DNA of 64,000 bases. Source: Cladosporium halotolerans (Eukaryota). The stretch lies in NCBI RefSeq assembly GCF_011745625.1, contig NW_027191452.1, positions 992,001-1,056,000 of the forward strand. Direction: 5' to 3'. A program made the translations under genes and the position numbers. Positions within the stretch are counted from its first letter, which is position 1. Each line of letters opens with the position of its first letter. This document shows, in pieces, positions 1 to 11,782 of this stretch. The notes under the pieces are model-generated. The model ran no database searches, was not told where the DNA came from, and saw only the letters and a program-made list of their open reading frames with translations.

Positions 1-489
1 AAATCCAACAGCTCCTCAGGAGAGCTTTCCCATGGCACACTATTTGATGCTCATCAGAGATCATGCATCCTACAAATTTCTAGGCCAACGATTAATCTGT
101 GCTGCCAAGCAGTGATCCGCTTTCCTGATTGTACGTTGTCAGCACCGGCATACAAATATTGCTTCCTATTCTCAACATATGGCGATCAATTAAAATTGAT
201 CGCCCGCGCCGTTACGTCCACGTGGTGATAAGGCGCCCCAATAAGCACAGACTCAGCGAACTCGAATCCTTATTCGAACGCCATTATCTCGAATGGTGCC
301 TGGAGGCTGGCGGCTGGCTTCGCGACTGCTTTTTGTTATCCTGAGGAACGCGCTGGAGAAGGCAATATTGCCGCGCGGCGTGGCGCTCCAACAGAGACGA
401 GGCTGCGATTGTGCAGAAAAGCTTATTGCAGCCGCCAGATGCCCAGCAATCTGTGCGCCCGGTGGACTGCTTGAGACCGCGTCGATCGG

Positions 490-522
490 AAACTGACCGC
501 AAACTGACCGCAAACTGACCGC
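490..522. repeat. Perfect tandem repeat, 3 x 11 bp (AAACTGACCGC)
   Basis: Copies at 490-500, 501-511 and 512-522, followed by a (CCCT)n/(CT)n tract at about 547-571. Confidence 0.95.
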
Positions 523-1393
523 CTCACGCGAATGTCACTTCATGGCCCTCCCTCCCTCCCTCTCTCTCTCTGATCCTCTTGCCGCTCAGGCGTTCAGGCA
601 CACGCGCTGCAAAGGGTACGGAGTAGCGGAGCTCAACAGGCTGGGGTTGGGCTCCTGAGTTCCTGACTCGTCTGATGCACCCACTCTCGCCGACCACTCG
701 CGTCGAGCTGTCACATGTACATGCCAATAAATGTGAGGCGGCTCGCTTCCGTGTGGAGTCGAAAACCACACAAGCCTCACGCGGTTTCCGTGCCCAGCCG
801 CCGCATCCGACTCCGGTCGGATAGTAGCAAAGAGGATTGAGCGGCTCGGACTGCACATGCCGGAATGACAGCGCAAGGGCGTCTCGACCAAAGCCACCGT
901 CGAGACAGGAATCCCACAGGCACCGCCGTCGTGCGTGCACGCAGCCGTTCAAGTGACGGGGACAAGGCGCTCGGGGAGATTGCCGAGTCGAAACGGCCAT
1001 CCCGACAGGCCAGGACACCCCAGCCGGGCGTTCGAAGTCTGTCGCCTTGCCCCAGTCATTCTCGCCACCAGCCAGTCTGTGCGCGGAAGGCGAGATCGGG
1101 ACCAAACGGCAGACTCTGCCACCACCCTTGGAGCCGCATGTACTTAATCACGGCGCAATTCGACCAATTGTTCTAGCGAGGGTCAATAAATTGCCGACTG
1201 CCCGCGGCCCTATCCAGTCCCCGAGCCGAGCTTCTTTGCTACACGACAGTTGTGCCTGGCGCGCGCCTTAAGGCCGGACTAGCCCCAGCACTTAATTTTG
1301 ACAAGCCGTCTAAGAATAGTTCCGAGAGGCATGCTTAAACGTCACTCTTCCCTCTGTTTGCTGCAACTCTAGTCGCCAGCTCTCACCGCGACA

Positions 1394-3264
1394 ATGTTAC
1401 GCCCGGCGTCGTTCTGCCTCGCGGCAGTGCTCCTCTCGGTCTTCACCCTCACACATGCAGCACACGAGGACGTATGGCGGGGCCGCACAATCTACCAGGT
1501 CTTGACCGACCGCTTCGGTCTCGCCAATGGCACAGAGGTGGCGAAATGCGACCCGACTTTGGGTGTGCATTGCGGTGGAACGTGGAAGGGAATCACGGAA
1601 CATCTGGATTATATTCAGGGCATGAACTTCGACGCTATCTGGATCTCGCCTATCGTCGCACAGATGTCGGCATGGACAGGTGACGGTGATGCGTACGCTG
1701 GATACTGGCAAAACGACATCTACGAAATCAACCTGTCTTTTGGCAGTGAAGAAGACCTCCGTGAGCTCATCGATGAGATTCACCGCCGCGGCATGCTGCT
1801 CATGCTTGACGTCGTGGTAAACCACATGGCTGCTCAAGGGCCTTTGGAGGATCTGGACTATTCCAAGCTGCGTCCCTTTAACGATCCGAAGTATTACCAC
1901 TCATACTGCCCGAATCACTACCAATGGACGGAGCTCCAGAACAGCCAAGATTGCTGGCTTGGCAGCAACGAAACGATGTTAGTGGATTTGGACACCGAGA
2001 ACGACGAGGTCAGGCAGATGTTTGCTCTCTGGATCAAGAACCAGATTTGGAAATGGGGTGTGGACGGTCTCCGAATCGATGCCGCATTGAACGTGCCAAC
2101 AGACTTCTTCCCGGACTTCATGGACTCTGCCGACGTCTTTGCGACATCAGAGGTCTCAGCTCCAGATGAGACGCTTGTTTGCAAGTGGCAGGATACCATT
2201 GGCAGCGTGCTCAATTACCCGCTTCTTTGGCCCTTGGTCTACGGCTTCGAAGGTCCCGATGGCAGCATGCAGAAACTTGCAGACATGATTCAGTCCCAGA
2301 GGAACGTTTGCAAAGACCCGACTACCCTTGTTACTTTCAGCGAGGTACGTGGGCTTCCTGCCAGGTATTCCAACGGTTCCGACTCGAGATGACTGACTTC
2401 TTCTAGAATCACGATACCGTACGTTTCAAAAACTACACCACCGATCTCGCGCGTGCCGAGAACGTCGCAAACTTCGTCATTCTCAGTGACGGCATTCCGG
2501 TCGTATACTACGGCCAGGAGCAGCACTTAGACGGCGGCACCGAGCCTTACACCAACCGCCAGGCACTTTGGGAGGTCGGCTACCACGAAGATGCAACGCT
2601 TTACCAACTTTTTGCCAAGCTGAACCTCTTCCGCCGTCACCTTGCCCGCAAGTATGATCAATACACCAAGGCCCTCAGTGACACCATTCACATTGATTCG
2701 AACTCAATCGCGTTCGCAAGAGGCGCGGACGGCGACCCGAAGATGGTTCTAGTGCTGAACAACAAGGGTGAAGAGGCCGACGACTTCAACGTCGAGCTAT
2801 GTGACGGACATGGATACTCTGCGAACGACGAGCTTCTTGAGGTCAACACCTGTTCGACCGTGAAGGTGGGCGGCAATGGCTGCCTCGAGGTAGCAGTCAG
2901 CAAAGGTGGACCCCGAGCTTTCTTCAAGAAGGATGCTCTCCAAGGATCCACGATCTGCGACCTTCCAGGAAAGAGCGACGTGGGCTACGAAGAATTGACG
3001 ATCATCTCGACCACTTACACTACGACCGTAAGCGGTACTGTTTCCGTCGGACACTCTGCTTCAACCATACCTTTGGCTAGTGCAACTGTCACATCCTCTC
3101 CTACGCCATCTGGAGGATCTGGTGGCTCCGGCGGCTCTGGCGATAACGGAGACACCTCGTCTGCCTCGCACGTCGTCGGTTCGCAGCATTGCAGCTTCTT
3201 CAACCTCTCGCTTCCCACGGCTTTCCTCATCGCATCATTCGTCACTGCGGTCTTAGCACTGTGA
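1394..3264 (+). CDS. Secreted, probably GPI-anchored GH13 alpha-amylase / alpha-glucanotransferase (2 exons: 1394-2344, 2407-3264)
   Basis: Signal peptide. Taka-amylase-like motifs IYQVLTDRF, GGTWKGI, DVVVNH, GLRIDAA and SEV. The GT..CTGAC..AG intron 2345-2406 joins FSE|NHD to restore region IV. Ser/Thr/Gly-rich C-terminus ends in a hydrophobic tail. Confidence 0.93.
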
Positions 3265-5083
3265 TCACCTTACGATGAGCTTGCCAGGTGGCGCCCTCCC
3301 ATTTGAGCATTGGAAATCTGTCGAGATAATGGAGCCTCACCCCACTCGGCAACCATGAAGGCGCTCATTGCGCCGATGCGCAGAAAGCCTGCGGCATCGA
3401 AAAGCAGCCACCCCATATTGCTGCAAATCAACATCGCTCGAATCCCCCTCCCGATTAAAGGGGCGACACACAGTGAATAGGAGACCACCCTCTCCACTCA
3501 GACGATCGAACTTCGGACATAGCGCCGAAACAATTCTCAGGGGCAGTCCCGGGGCTTGAAACAACACCAATAAGCGGGCAACACGCCTTGCGAAGCAGCA
3601 CCATTGGGCTCTAATCTGCAGGTCCAAATCTGGAGACGGATTTAATTGTGTATTTCGATATAAAGATACAGATAAAGATAAATGACGATAATGAATAATC
3701 ACCTACAAGATTCGACGCCTACCTGCACAAGCCTAGTTCAAAGGAATGGAGACTCGAAAACGATTATGCCACAAACGCTTCTTCCTAATTTACGACATCG
3801 ACTGTGTGCGCAGGTCGTAGGGGACGTCGTGCTATCGAGTGCGAGTCATCCAGCCTTGAGTGTCTCAAACGACGAAGCATATCATCTCATGCAACCCAAC
3901 GGTCTTCGCGCGTAAGGTAAGCGACTCTGCATCAAGCATGAAATGCCGTGCTGCGGTGATCATGCAACGCGCATCAATGTAGCTATCTCAGAGGGGGATT
4001 TCAAGTCGCCACTACTTGTGGTCAAACTGGCCTTGAACATCGGAGCGCGAATCACTGACATAATGCTAGTTTCACGGTGCCACATGATTAAATTGCAGTC
4101 AAAGTCTCGAGAACAACTCTCCACCTATCATAAACCTGGGATGTTCTCGAACGAAATATGCTCTTCATAACATTGGTTCGCCACGGCTATCTGCGCTGCC
4201 AGTGGCTCAAGAAGTCAGCTTCATCGCTTTATTCAACGCAGCTGTGGGAAGCAACCTTCACAAACGTTGGACCCTAGTCTTTGAGATGCCTGCTCCCAAA
4301 GGCTCAGCGGGATGTTTATCGACGGCGGATCGTTGCAATTTTTGGGTCTGACACCCTTTGGTCAATCTAACTCGATGAGATGGATGTTCGGTGAAATATT
4401 GAAGGGCTGAGCTTACGTGACCCCAAAATCGGGCGATCACATCGGGCATCAACATCATCCAAACTGGCGGACAAGCCTCCGTTGCATTAGAGAAACGAGG
4501 ATTTTTTCATGCGCACAGCATCCGCCAGGAATGGGATTGCCTGGCCAAGGAGTGACTTAGGGACTTGCCAACATTCGACTCAGAAGTCCACATGGGCACT
4601 TCTATATGCGGGCTGCCACAATGGGTACGATCTATTCCCCGAGCTGCAGGCAATACTCGCGTTGGCGCTGCGATCTGGAGTCAGCAGTATGCTGGGTTCG
4701 TCCCTTGCTTCGTCCAGCTGCTTAGCACTATTGGATCCAAGGCCCAAAGCTACTGCATCGGGCCATCCCTTCCACCGGTCCATGAAATTTTGGGTGGCAC
4801 AGCCGCTCGTATGCACACAAGAGCTGCGTGACAGCACTCATCTGCTCGTGCTCGCCATCAGTCGTTACACCACATCCGCAGCTCGCGCAATCACGTTCAC
4901 GCGATCCCACGCAGCGCGGCGTTTCCGAGGCGAGTCGATCTTCGTCCAAGCGGTGGTGGGCCACAGCAGCATGTGTGAGCCCGGCTGCCCCTTAGTCTCG
5001 GTATGTAATCATGCCACAAGCGCTCGCTTTGAGATGTGTCACTTTCAAGTCGACGGCTTGATATCTTTCGCTGCTCGGTACAA

Positions 5084-6121
5084 ATGTCTGGTTCTGGTGC
5101 CCGGATGAACTCGCCATATGAGACTCTCGACTTCACCAACGCGTGGCAGGAAGATACACCTTTTGGGGCGTCCGATGCTTCGAGCGGTCCATTTCCAAAC
5201 TTATCGAACGGACATCTCGAAGCTACTGGCTTCCCTCACGGTACTGAAGCAGCTTCTATACCGCGCGAGTGGCTCACTCTGCACTCGACATGGCTACAGC
5301 AAGACAATCTCCACGAGATTCCATCTTCCACAACCTGCGAGTATCCTTACACCTTTCCATCATATACAACGGCGCAGGGCTATGCATACGACGCCGACAC
5401 TACTGAGCCTTCGGACATGGGCCACTGCAACTCCCAATCGTCTTTCTCCGAGCGTGACTTCGACCATCTGTACAATAACATGAACAGTCCATACGCGCAG
5501 CCTCTCGCCATATCCACAGCTAGCCCAGCGCCACAGCCAACACTCGACAACATGTATGCCTCCCAAGCCATCCAGACGCCGCATTCACCCAGCGTTTCAT
5601 CTCCCATTCCCCCAAGCTTCCAACGCGAGATATCTCACCCGGCCCACGCACCACCAGCAAAAGACCTGGCCGCCAACAACCCTTCCCTCCCTCGCCAGCA
5701 GCCGACCCGCTGGGCCGGCGACCTCTACACGCCAACCTACGTCCGCGGCGACGGCTCGACGCGCGCCGGCTGGTGCGGCAACTGCGCCTCCTGGCTCACG
5801 CTGAAAGACAGCGCCTACTGGTATCACATGCACTTCGCGCACGGCATCAGCTGCGCGACCGGAAGCTACCTGCCCAGCCCGATCCGCTTCCGGCCGACGC
5901 TCGGCGCTGCTCGAGGCGTGGGAGACGCAGAGGCGCTCTGCGGAGGCTGCTCGCGGTGGGTGCTCGTTGTGATGGGCGAGAAGGGCCGGACGGCTTGGTT
6001 CAGGCACGCGTACCGTTGCCTGCTGAAGGCGCCGGCCGTGAGGAAGGAGAGGGCGAGGGGGAAGAGCGCGTCGCCGCGGAAGGTTGTGGCCAAACCTGCG
6101 CTTCGTGGAGCAGCTAGATAG
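5084..6121 (+). CDS. Rua1/DUF4451-like C-terminal Cys/His domain protein (putative transcription regulator)
   Basis: Motif DLYTPTYVRG..GWCGNC..WLTLKDSAYWYHMHFAHGIS..EALCGGC..WFRHAYRC after a low-complexity N-terminus. ATG at 5084, or alternatively 5105. Confidence 0.75.
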   Translation: MSGSGARMNSPYETLDFTNAWQEDTPFGASDASSGPFPNLSNGHLEATGFPHGTEAASIPREWLTLHSTWLQQDNLHEIPSSTTCEYPYTFPSYTTAQGYAYDADTTEPSDMGHCNSQSSFSERDFDHLYNNMNSPYAQPLAISTASPAPQPTLDNMYASQAIQTPHSPSVSSPIPPSFQREISHPAHAPPAKDLAANNPSLPRQQPTRWAGDLYTPTYVRGDGSTRAGWCGNCASWLTLKDSAYWYHMHFAHGISCATGSYLPSPIRFRPTLGAARGVGDAEALCGGCSRWVLVVMGEKGRTAWFRHAYRCLLKAPAVRKERARGKSASPRKVVAKPALRGAAR

Positions 6122-6779
6122 GCGGCCACATAATGTCGGAAAGGGGTGGACGGGCGTGCGTTCACGGATAGATTCTTAGGGGTATACCGTTCAAGCAGGC
6201 AAGTTGATAATTTGGGCTCCTGTTCTGAGCTCTTTTGTATGCGTACATTGGCGGTTTAGCGAAGGCGCAGGGAGATCGCACTGCGGAGAGGTAGAAGATG
6301 TCTACGTTCGTTTGGAAGATACCTTGAAGACGTTGTGATTGCGGTGTAACAAGCTTTTGACGTACCTGAATGAAGTCATGACCATGCAAAACTACGGACT
6401 TACGCACCCGCTGCAACTATGCATGTTCGTTTCGCAGAAAGAGGAGCATCACCGAAATAAATTCGATAATCGAGACGAGAGCAAAAGCCAATTTTATTCA
6501 TTCGTTCATGTATAGTACAATGCTTACAGCAACGCAACAGCGCCTCCATGGCTAAGCGCTCATTTAATCAGCCGGGAATGCCCATCTGAACGCCCCAAAC
6601 TCGCAACCAAAGCATGTTCCCTGTCCAGTTGATGTCGAAAGGTCGACACTCACAAACGCCGTCATGACAAGGAAAAAAGACAAGACAGTCGTACGAAAGT
6701 TACGCAGTGGCGGACAGCCACTGATTTGCAGGTCGCCAGCTTTTTGTGTTGGCAAGAAGAGCTTTTCGGTCTCGATAAT

Positions 6780-9399
6780 TCAGCCACGACGCTTTGGCAT
6801 GGCAAGAGCATTCAGGCGTGCCATGCTGATCGATGTGCTCGACTTCTTCTTCTCATCCTTAGCACCGCTGCCGCTGCTGTTGGCGCCAGCCTTGGGCTTC
6901 ACGCCAAGAGTTGGCATCCTGGACGCCTTCGGCGCGGGCTTCTGAGGGCCTTTGGCCGGTGCCGGCGCGGATTTGACACGCTTCTTGGGACGGCTGGCGT
7001 CTTCCTCTTGGGCATCCTCCGAGCCGCCGTTCTCCTTGTCGGAAGTGCTCACGCTCTCGGCAGCCTTTGCAACGGTGTCGTTCTCGAAGTTGAACTTGCG
7101 CTTCTTGCTGCCCGGGGTGACAGTCGGAGAGAGCTCAGCCGGGTTTGCGTTCAGCTTGTTCTCGAAGTCGAATTTGCGCTTCTTCTGACTTGCTGCAACA
7201 CCGGAGGGAACAATCTCTGGTTCAGCGGAGACATGGCGTATAGTTGACTTCGCAGATGCTGGCGGCGCGAGCGAAGGGTTTCCGAAGACGATGCCATCTC
7301 CAGCACGGAATGTAAAGTCGCCTGGCGCAATGGTCTGGCGGCGACGGTCGTGAGTCGGGTTGGCGACGGGGCTGAAGACGGTGGGAAGCGTGGGGTAACC
7401 TGCGTTTTCAGACACCGATTCAGATGCAGCATCTGCCTGAGAAGGAGACGAGGCTTCGTCAGATGGGGTGAGACTCTTAGTCGCCTCACGTGCTTTTGTT
7501 GAGGATGAGAAATCGACATGCTTTCTGACCGGAGCAGTCGCTGGTGGTGGTCCTGGAAGCTTGGATGCCTTGTCTCCACCAAGTTTCGGCGGCGTTGCGA
7601 AATGCGTCCCAGCCGCAATCTTGGACGGATCGTTAGAATACAGACGCTGAGGCGAGCGGAGAATTGATTTGATCGGCGATGAACGAAGGAGATTGAAACG
7701 ACCGACGAGACTGTTGCCGGTACTCTTGACTGCGGATTGGGTGGTTTTAGCCACGAAAGGATTGTGATCTTGCGATGCTTTCGAAGGAGATTGAGAAAGC
7801 AAGGGCATGCTTGGCTGCTTTTCGCCCGCCCCTTCGACGTCTTGATCCTTGGTCACAGACACCTTGAGATGGCTTCGAGAAAGTAGCGGCGCCTGGGTCT
7901 CCTTCTTCTGCGGTGAAGGGCTATTGTCCTGGTCTGGACGTGAAGGCTTGTGCATACCAGATTTGGCGGGCGTACGTGCCAGGGCTGCGTCCATCATAGG
8001 CTTGGGCGGATCTTGCTTGCCAGAAGTGCCAACGGTTTCCACCTTGTTGGTACGAGGAAATAGCTCACCCTTAGCAGGTGATTTTGCTAACAATGGCGTT
8101 GAGGTGTCTGGGTGATCTTTGCTCGGCTCGGTGACGTGTGCCTTCGTAGGTGAGCGCGTGAGACTGAGACCGGGAATCTTGCTTGTGGTCTTCGTTGACT
8201 TGACGCTAGCAGCGCGAGCGAGCGATGACTGAGTAGGTGTCGAGAGATGAGCTAGGTTGGGGTAGCTCGGCTGTGCGCGTGACTCCTTGAGATGCTGTGG
8301 TGTAGACGGCAGGGACTTCTCTTTGTCGCTGCTCGCGGGTCGGGTGTTCGAAACGTCGTCATTATCAGCGCGCTTGACACGCTTGGCTGGAGTAGCTTCC
8401 GCGGCAGTAGCCTCACGCAAATTCTTCATGGAGGGTGCGCGCCGCAGTTGGCTGCCAGGCTGGGCAAGGTTGGGCTTGGATGACACGCGAGGGATACTCT
8501 TGGACGGCGTTCCATCCGTCTTGTCCAACTCCGCTTTGGAGGGGCTGCGCTTGAGCGATTTGCTCGGTGTCTGCGACGCAAGACTACGGTCTGCACCAGA
8601 AGCAGCAAGTCTTGTAGGGTCCTTGCGGTATGCTGAAGCGTGTCCAGCAATCGAGTCCATCTTCTGAAACTGCGCATCGTGCAGCTCACTGAACCTGCCC
8701 TTCTTGCTCTTCGGCTGCGCAATCTTCCGGCTCAACGCTTCACCCGACCATGCAGATCCTTCGCCGGCGCTCTTCATCTGGTCTTTGATACGCAGCGCCT
8801 CAGCGCGCTTCTCATCCATCAGCTTTTTCGCTTCCGGGCTAAGTTCCAGAGACTGCTCGCGGCGAAATGTGAATGTAAAGTCCGGTGATCTGAATGCATG
8901 CTCTTGCTTGGTTGTGCGAGACGGAGTCGCCTGTGCCTCAGCAAGCTTGCTGTTGCGCTTCGGAGGTTCGGTAGCAGGAGGCATGTTAGAAAATCCTAGC
9001 CAGCGCGCCTCTTCGCGCGGCTTCGCGGTGGACTGGTGGAGGTGCTTCGGGTGCATCTCCTCGAGCGGAGCTTCGACAGGAGCTGCAGACTTGGGGGTTG
9101 CATCTTGAGGTTCCACGGTCTTGACGCGCTTTGACGGGATGGTCGGAGTGTCTTGTTCGTTGGGGGAGCCTGGAAATGCGCCGGGCATCTCATCATTCTC
9201 GTTCAGAGAGGCGAGCTTGGCCGGGACGGTACATGGAGCGCGCGTAGTTGGAGTCTCGTGAGAGAGGGAAACCCTCTTGATAGGCTGAAACACGGTCAAT
9301 GATTTAGCCTGGGTTGCCAGACTGACGTACACGTGCGATATGGCATACCTGCGGAGTGGTCGAGTTGCGGCTCGACAGCCTGGTCGAGCGGCGAGCCAT
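6780..9399 (-). CDS. Conserved basic Ser/Pro-rich protein of about 851 aa with a NuSAP-like motif and KEN box (exons 9399-9349, 9284-6780)
   Basis: ATG 9399 (MARRSTRLSSR). Intron GTATGC..TTTCAG at 9348-9285 splices in frame into the long ORF. C-terminus SISMARLNALAMPKRR. The ORF-track N-terminus from 9626 is upstream/intron sequence. Confidence 0.85.
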
Positions 9400-9566
9400 T
9401 GTTGCGTGTCCGCAATGCGAAGGGCTTTCGCTCGTCGGAAAGTGTTGGCAAAGATGGGATGAGACAATGTTCGATTAGCCAGGACAGGAATGGAACAGCG
9501 TTCGCTTAGGAAGGACGCTTTGACTTGACCCGCTCTGCGATGATGTTTGAGCGTTGCGCATGGACA

Positions 9567-9575
9567 GTAAACAAA
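9567..9575 (+). promoter_or_regulatory. Canonical forkhead site GTAAACAAA, about 170 bp upstream of the 9399 start codon
   Basis: Exact match to the Fkh1/Fkh2 consensus. Function is inferred. Confidence 0.4.
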
Positions 9576-10134
9576 CCCCACACTTTCGGCCTCAGGCCAA
9601 GAGGCGCGCACAGCACGGCCCACCAATCAAGGCTGCGCGTCGAGATACAACATATACTGGACCTTGTAGACGACCAACCGTCCGTACCGCGCATCCTGGT
9701 GGAGCTCCCGACCTCTTACGCTCACAGCGAGTTTCTTCTTCGCCACAAGCAGTTGGACTACCAGCACACTTGGCAGGGAGATTCACACCACGCTTTTCCA
9801 TGGCTTTCCCGATCCTCCGCCATTTCGAGGTAGCTTCTCCTATAGCTGTCGAGCTGCGGTCGAGGGCTCAGTAGTCGCGTCGTCTATGCAGTCTCTCACT
9901 TGATCACAAGATGGCATGAGCCATACTCGGATAACTACTTGATATGGTTTCGATTCTATTATTGTCTATCAGTCTGTTTCACTGGCCGTGTCTACAGGGC
10001 ATGAGGCTGGCTGCTGCTGCGAGCCATTGCTCCACGTCTGCAGCAATATAAAATATACACCAACACCTCCCGAACCCACTGACAACCGAGACTTTGACGC
10101 AAATTCACGCACGACACCTCCACACGCTCTTTCG

Positions 10135-11782
10135 TCATTTGCGCGACTTCTCGAGATATGACATGAGCCACTCCTCGGTCCCATCTTCGTAGACACGCTT
10201 GGCTGGCTCCTACACAAAAGTCAGCTCATTGATGCTATAGCGCAAAGCAAGGAACACAATTGACACAGTGACTTACCAGGTCCATGTAATGAGTGTCGCT
10301 GAACCAGCAATTGTCCGCGAAGCAACCCTTGCCGCCAAACTTGCAGTGATGCCCAAAGGTGCAATCGACCTCGCGGCACGTATATTTGGCTGGGCAGGTG
10401 ATGGAACGGGCCTTGTGCTTCAACACGAGAAACTCACCAGGACTCAGCCGCTCGCCGTGAATATAATCGCAGTACTCGCCAGACGCACACTGGCCTGTAA
10501 GGTGATAGCTGTTACAACATTTGCCTTGCTCTTTAATGCGAGTGAGGTAACGCTTCTCCGCCCCGGGATCTGGCCGCGGAAGCGGGGGGTCGAGTCTCTC
10601 ATCGTCGACGTTGAGGACAACGTGGCGACGAGTCGTAGCCTTCTTTGGTGCAATATCGATATTTTTCGGTCCAGTGCCTTTACCAACAGTAGCCCAGGTG
10701 CTGGCGTCCGTAGAAGGAGCAGGACTAGTAGGTTTCGAGGAATTCATAGTGCCTCCAGTGCTCGGTGGGACATAAGCGGAAGCTGCGTTCTGCTTGTTGG
10801 TATTCGTGCGGACTGGCAGAGACACTGCCGGTGGCGAGAACGCAGGAGTGGAGCTTTGCCTGAAGGGTAGGTTGGTGTCGCGAAATACTCGCGGAAATTT
10901 GACCCGGTTGAATCCTAGTGCGACAAAGCCTGGTTCCGCAGGAGTCGTTTCGACGAGTGTGATGCGAGACGATGTCGTCCGGTCGCGCTTGAAGGGCTCT
11001 AGAACCGGGAGATAGCCGTTATCGTGGCAAGGCCCGAAGAAGATATGCTTGCACTGAGGCATCGGTAGAAACAGACGGAGAGTCTCGCGGATTTTGTGGT
11101 CGGCGCGCTCTTTGCCACTGCCGACGTCTATGAAGTTGAAGAGGGGATGGGTCAGGCCGAAGGCTCGTCCAAAAGCTTGGAGCTCGTTGGGGTTATTAAT
11201 GATGCCGCAAGCTTGGAGTTTCGTTCCTAGGCCTTGAAGGTTGAGCACAATGTTGACAACGATGTTCCAGTCCGACGCCGATGATTCTGGGTACATCTGC
11301 TTTAGCTGATTCTTGAGCTCCGCGTGTAGCTGAGACGCAGCTTCGGCGCCTCCATCCTTTCCTTGGGCATAGAGATAATTTTCGAACTACTCTTGCGGTC
11401 AGAATTTCTCGTGAACGGACGTGATGGCGAGAGGCTTACTATCGCGCCGTCGCCATCCAGCAGTACCATTGCGAATGGATTACTTCCCTAGATGGAGAGG
11501 TCAGCCTGGAAGACGTGCTGTTCGAGCTGATGCGTAGCTTGCCGACTCCTGGCGCATTGCCAAAAGCTCATTCTCTTTGACTTTAGCAGCATTGTACCAA
11601 ATACGACGAGACTCGACCTCGTTCTCGAAGTCGCCACACTTCTCCTGGTAGAGGACTTGCAGCTCTTGGTACTTCTGGACAAGATCCGCCACGAAGGCCT
11701 CGCGTTCTCTATCAGACTGGCGGAATGCTTCGAAGCGTTCCAGATAGTCTGCGGTGGGAGCAGAACCCTGATGCCCGTTCAT
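10135..11782 (-). CDS. Coiled-coil + NYN/PIN-like domain + tandem CCCH zinc-finger protein (exons 11782-11543, 11487-11440, 11386-10277, 10209-10135)
   Basis: Spliced product contains FAMVLLDGDGAIF, GKERADHKIRE, HIFFGPCHDNGY, then CNSYHLTGQCASGEYCDYIH and CPAKYTCREVDCTFGHHC fingers. The last exon ends EEWLMSYLEKSRK*. Confidence 0.85.

Noticed and set aside
490..522. Direct repeats as a possible CRISPR-like or telomere-like array
   Set aside because: 11-bp units with no spacers, not TTAGGG, in a eukaryotic context. A simple minisatellite.
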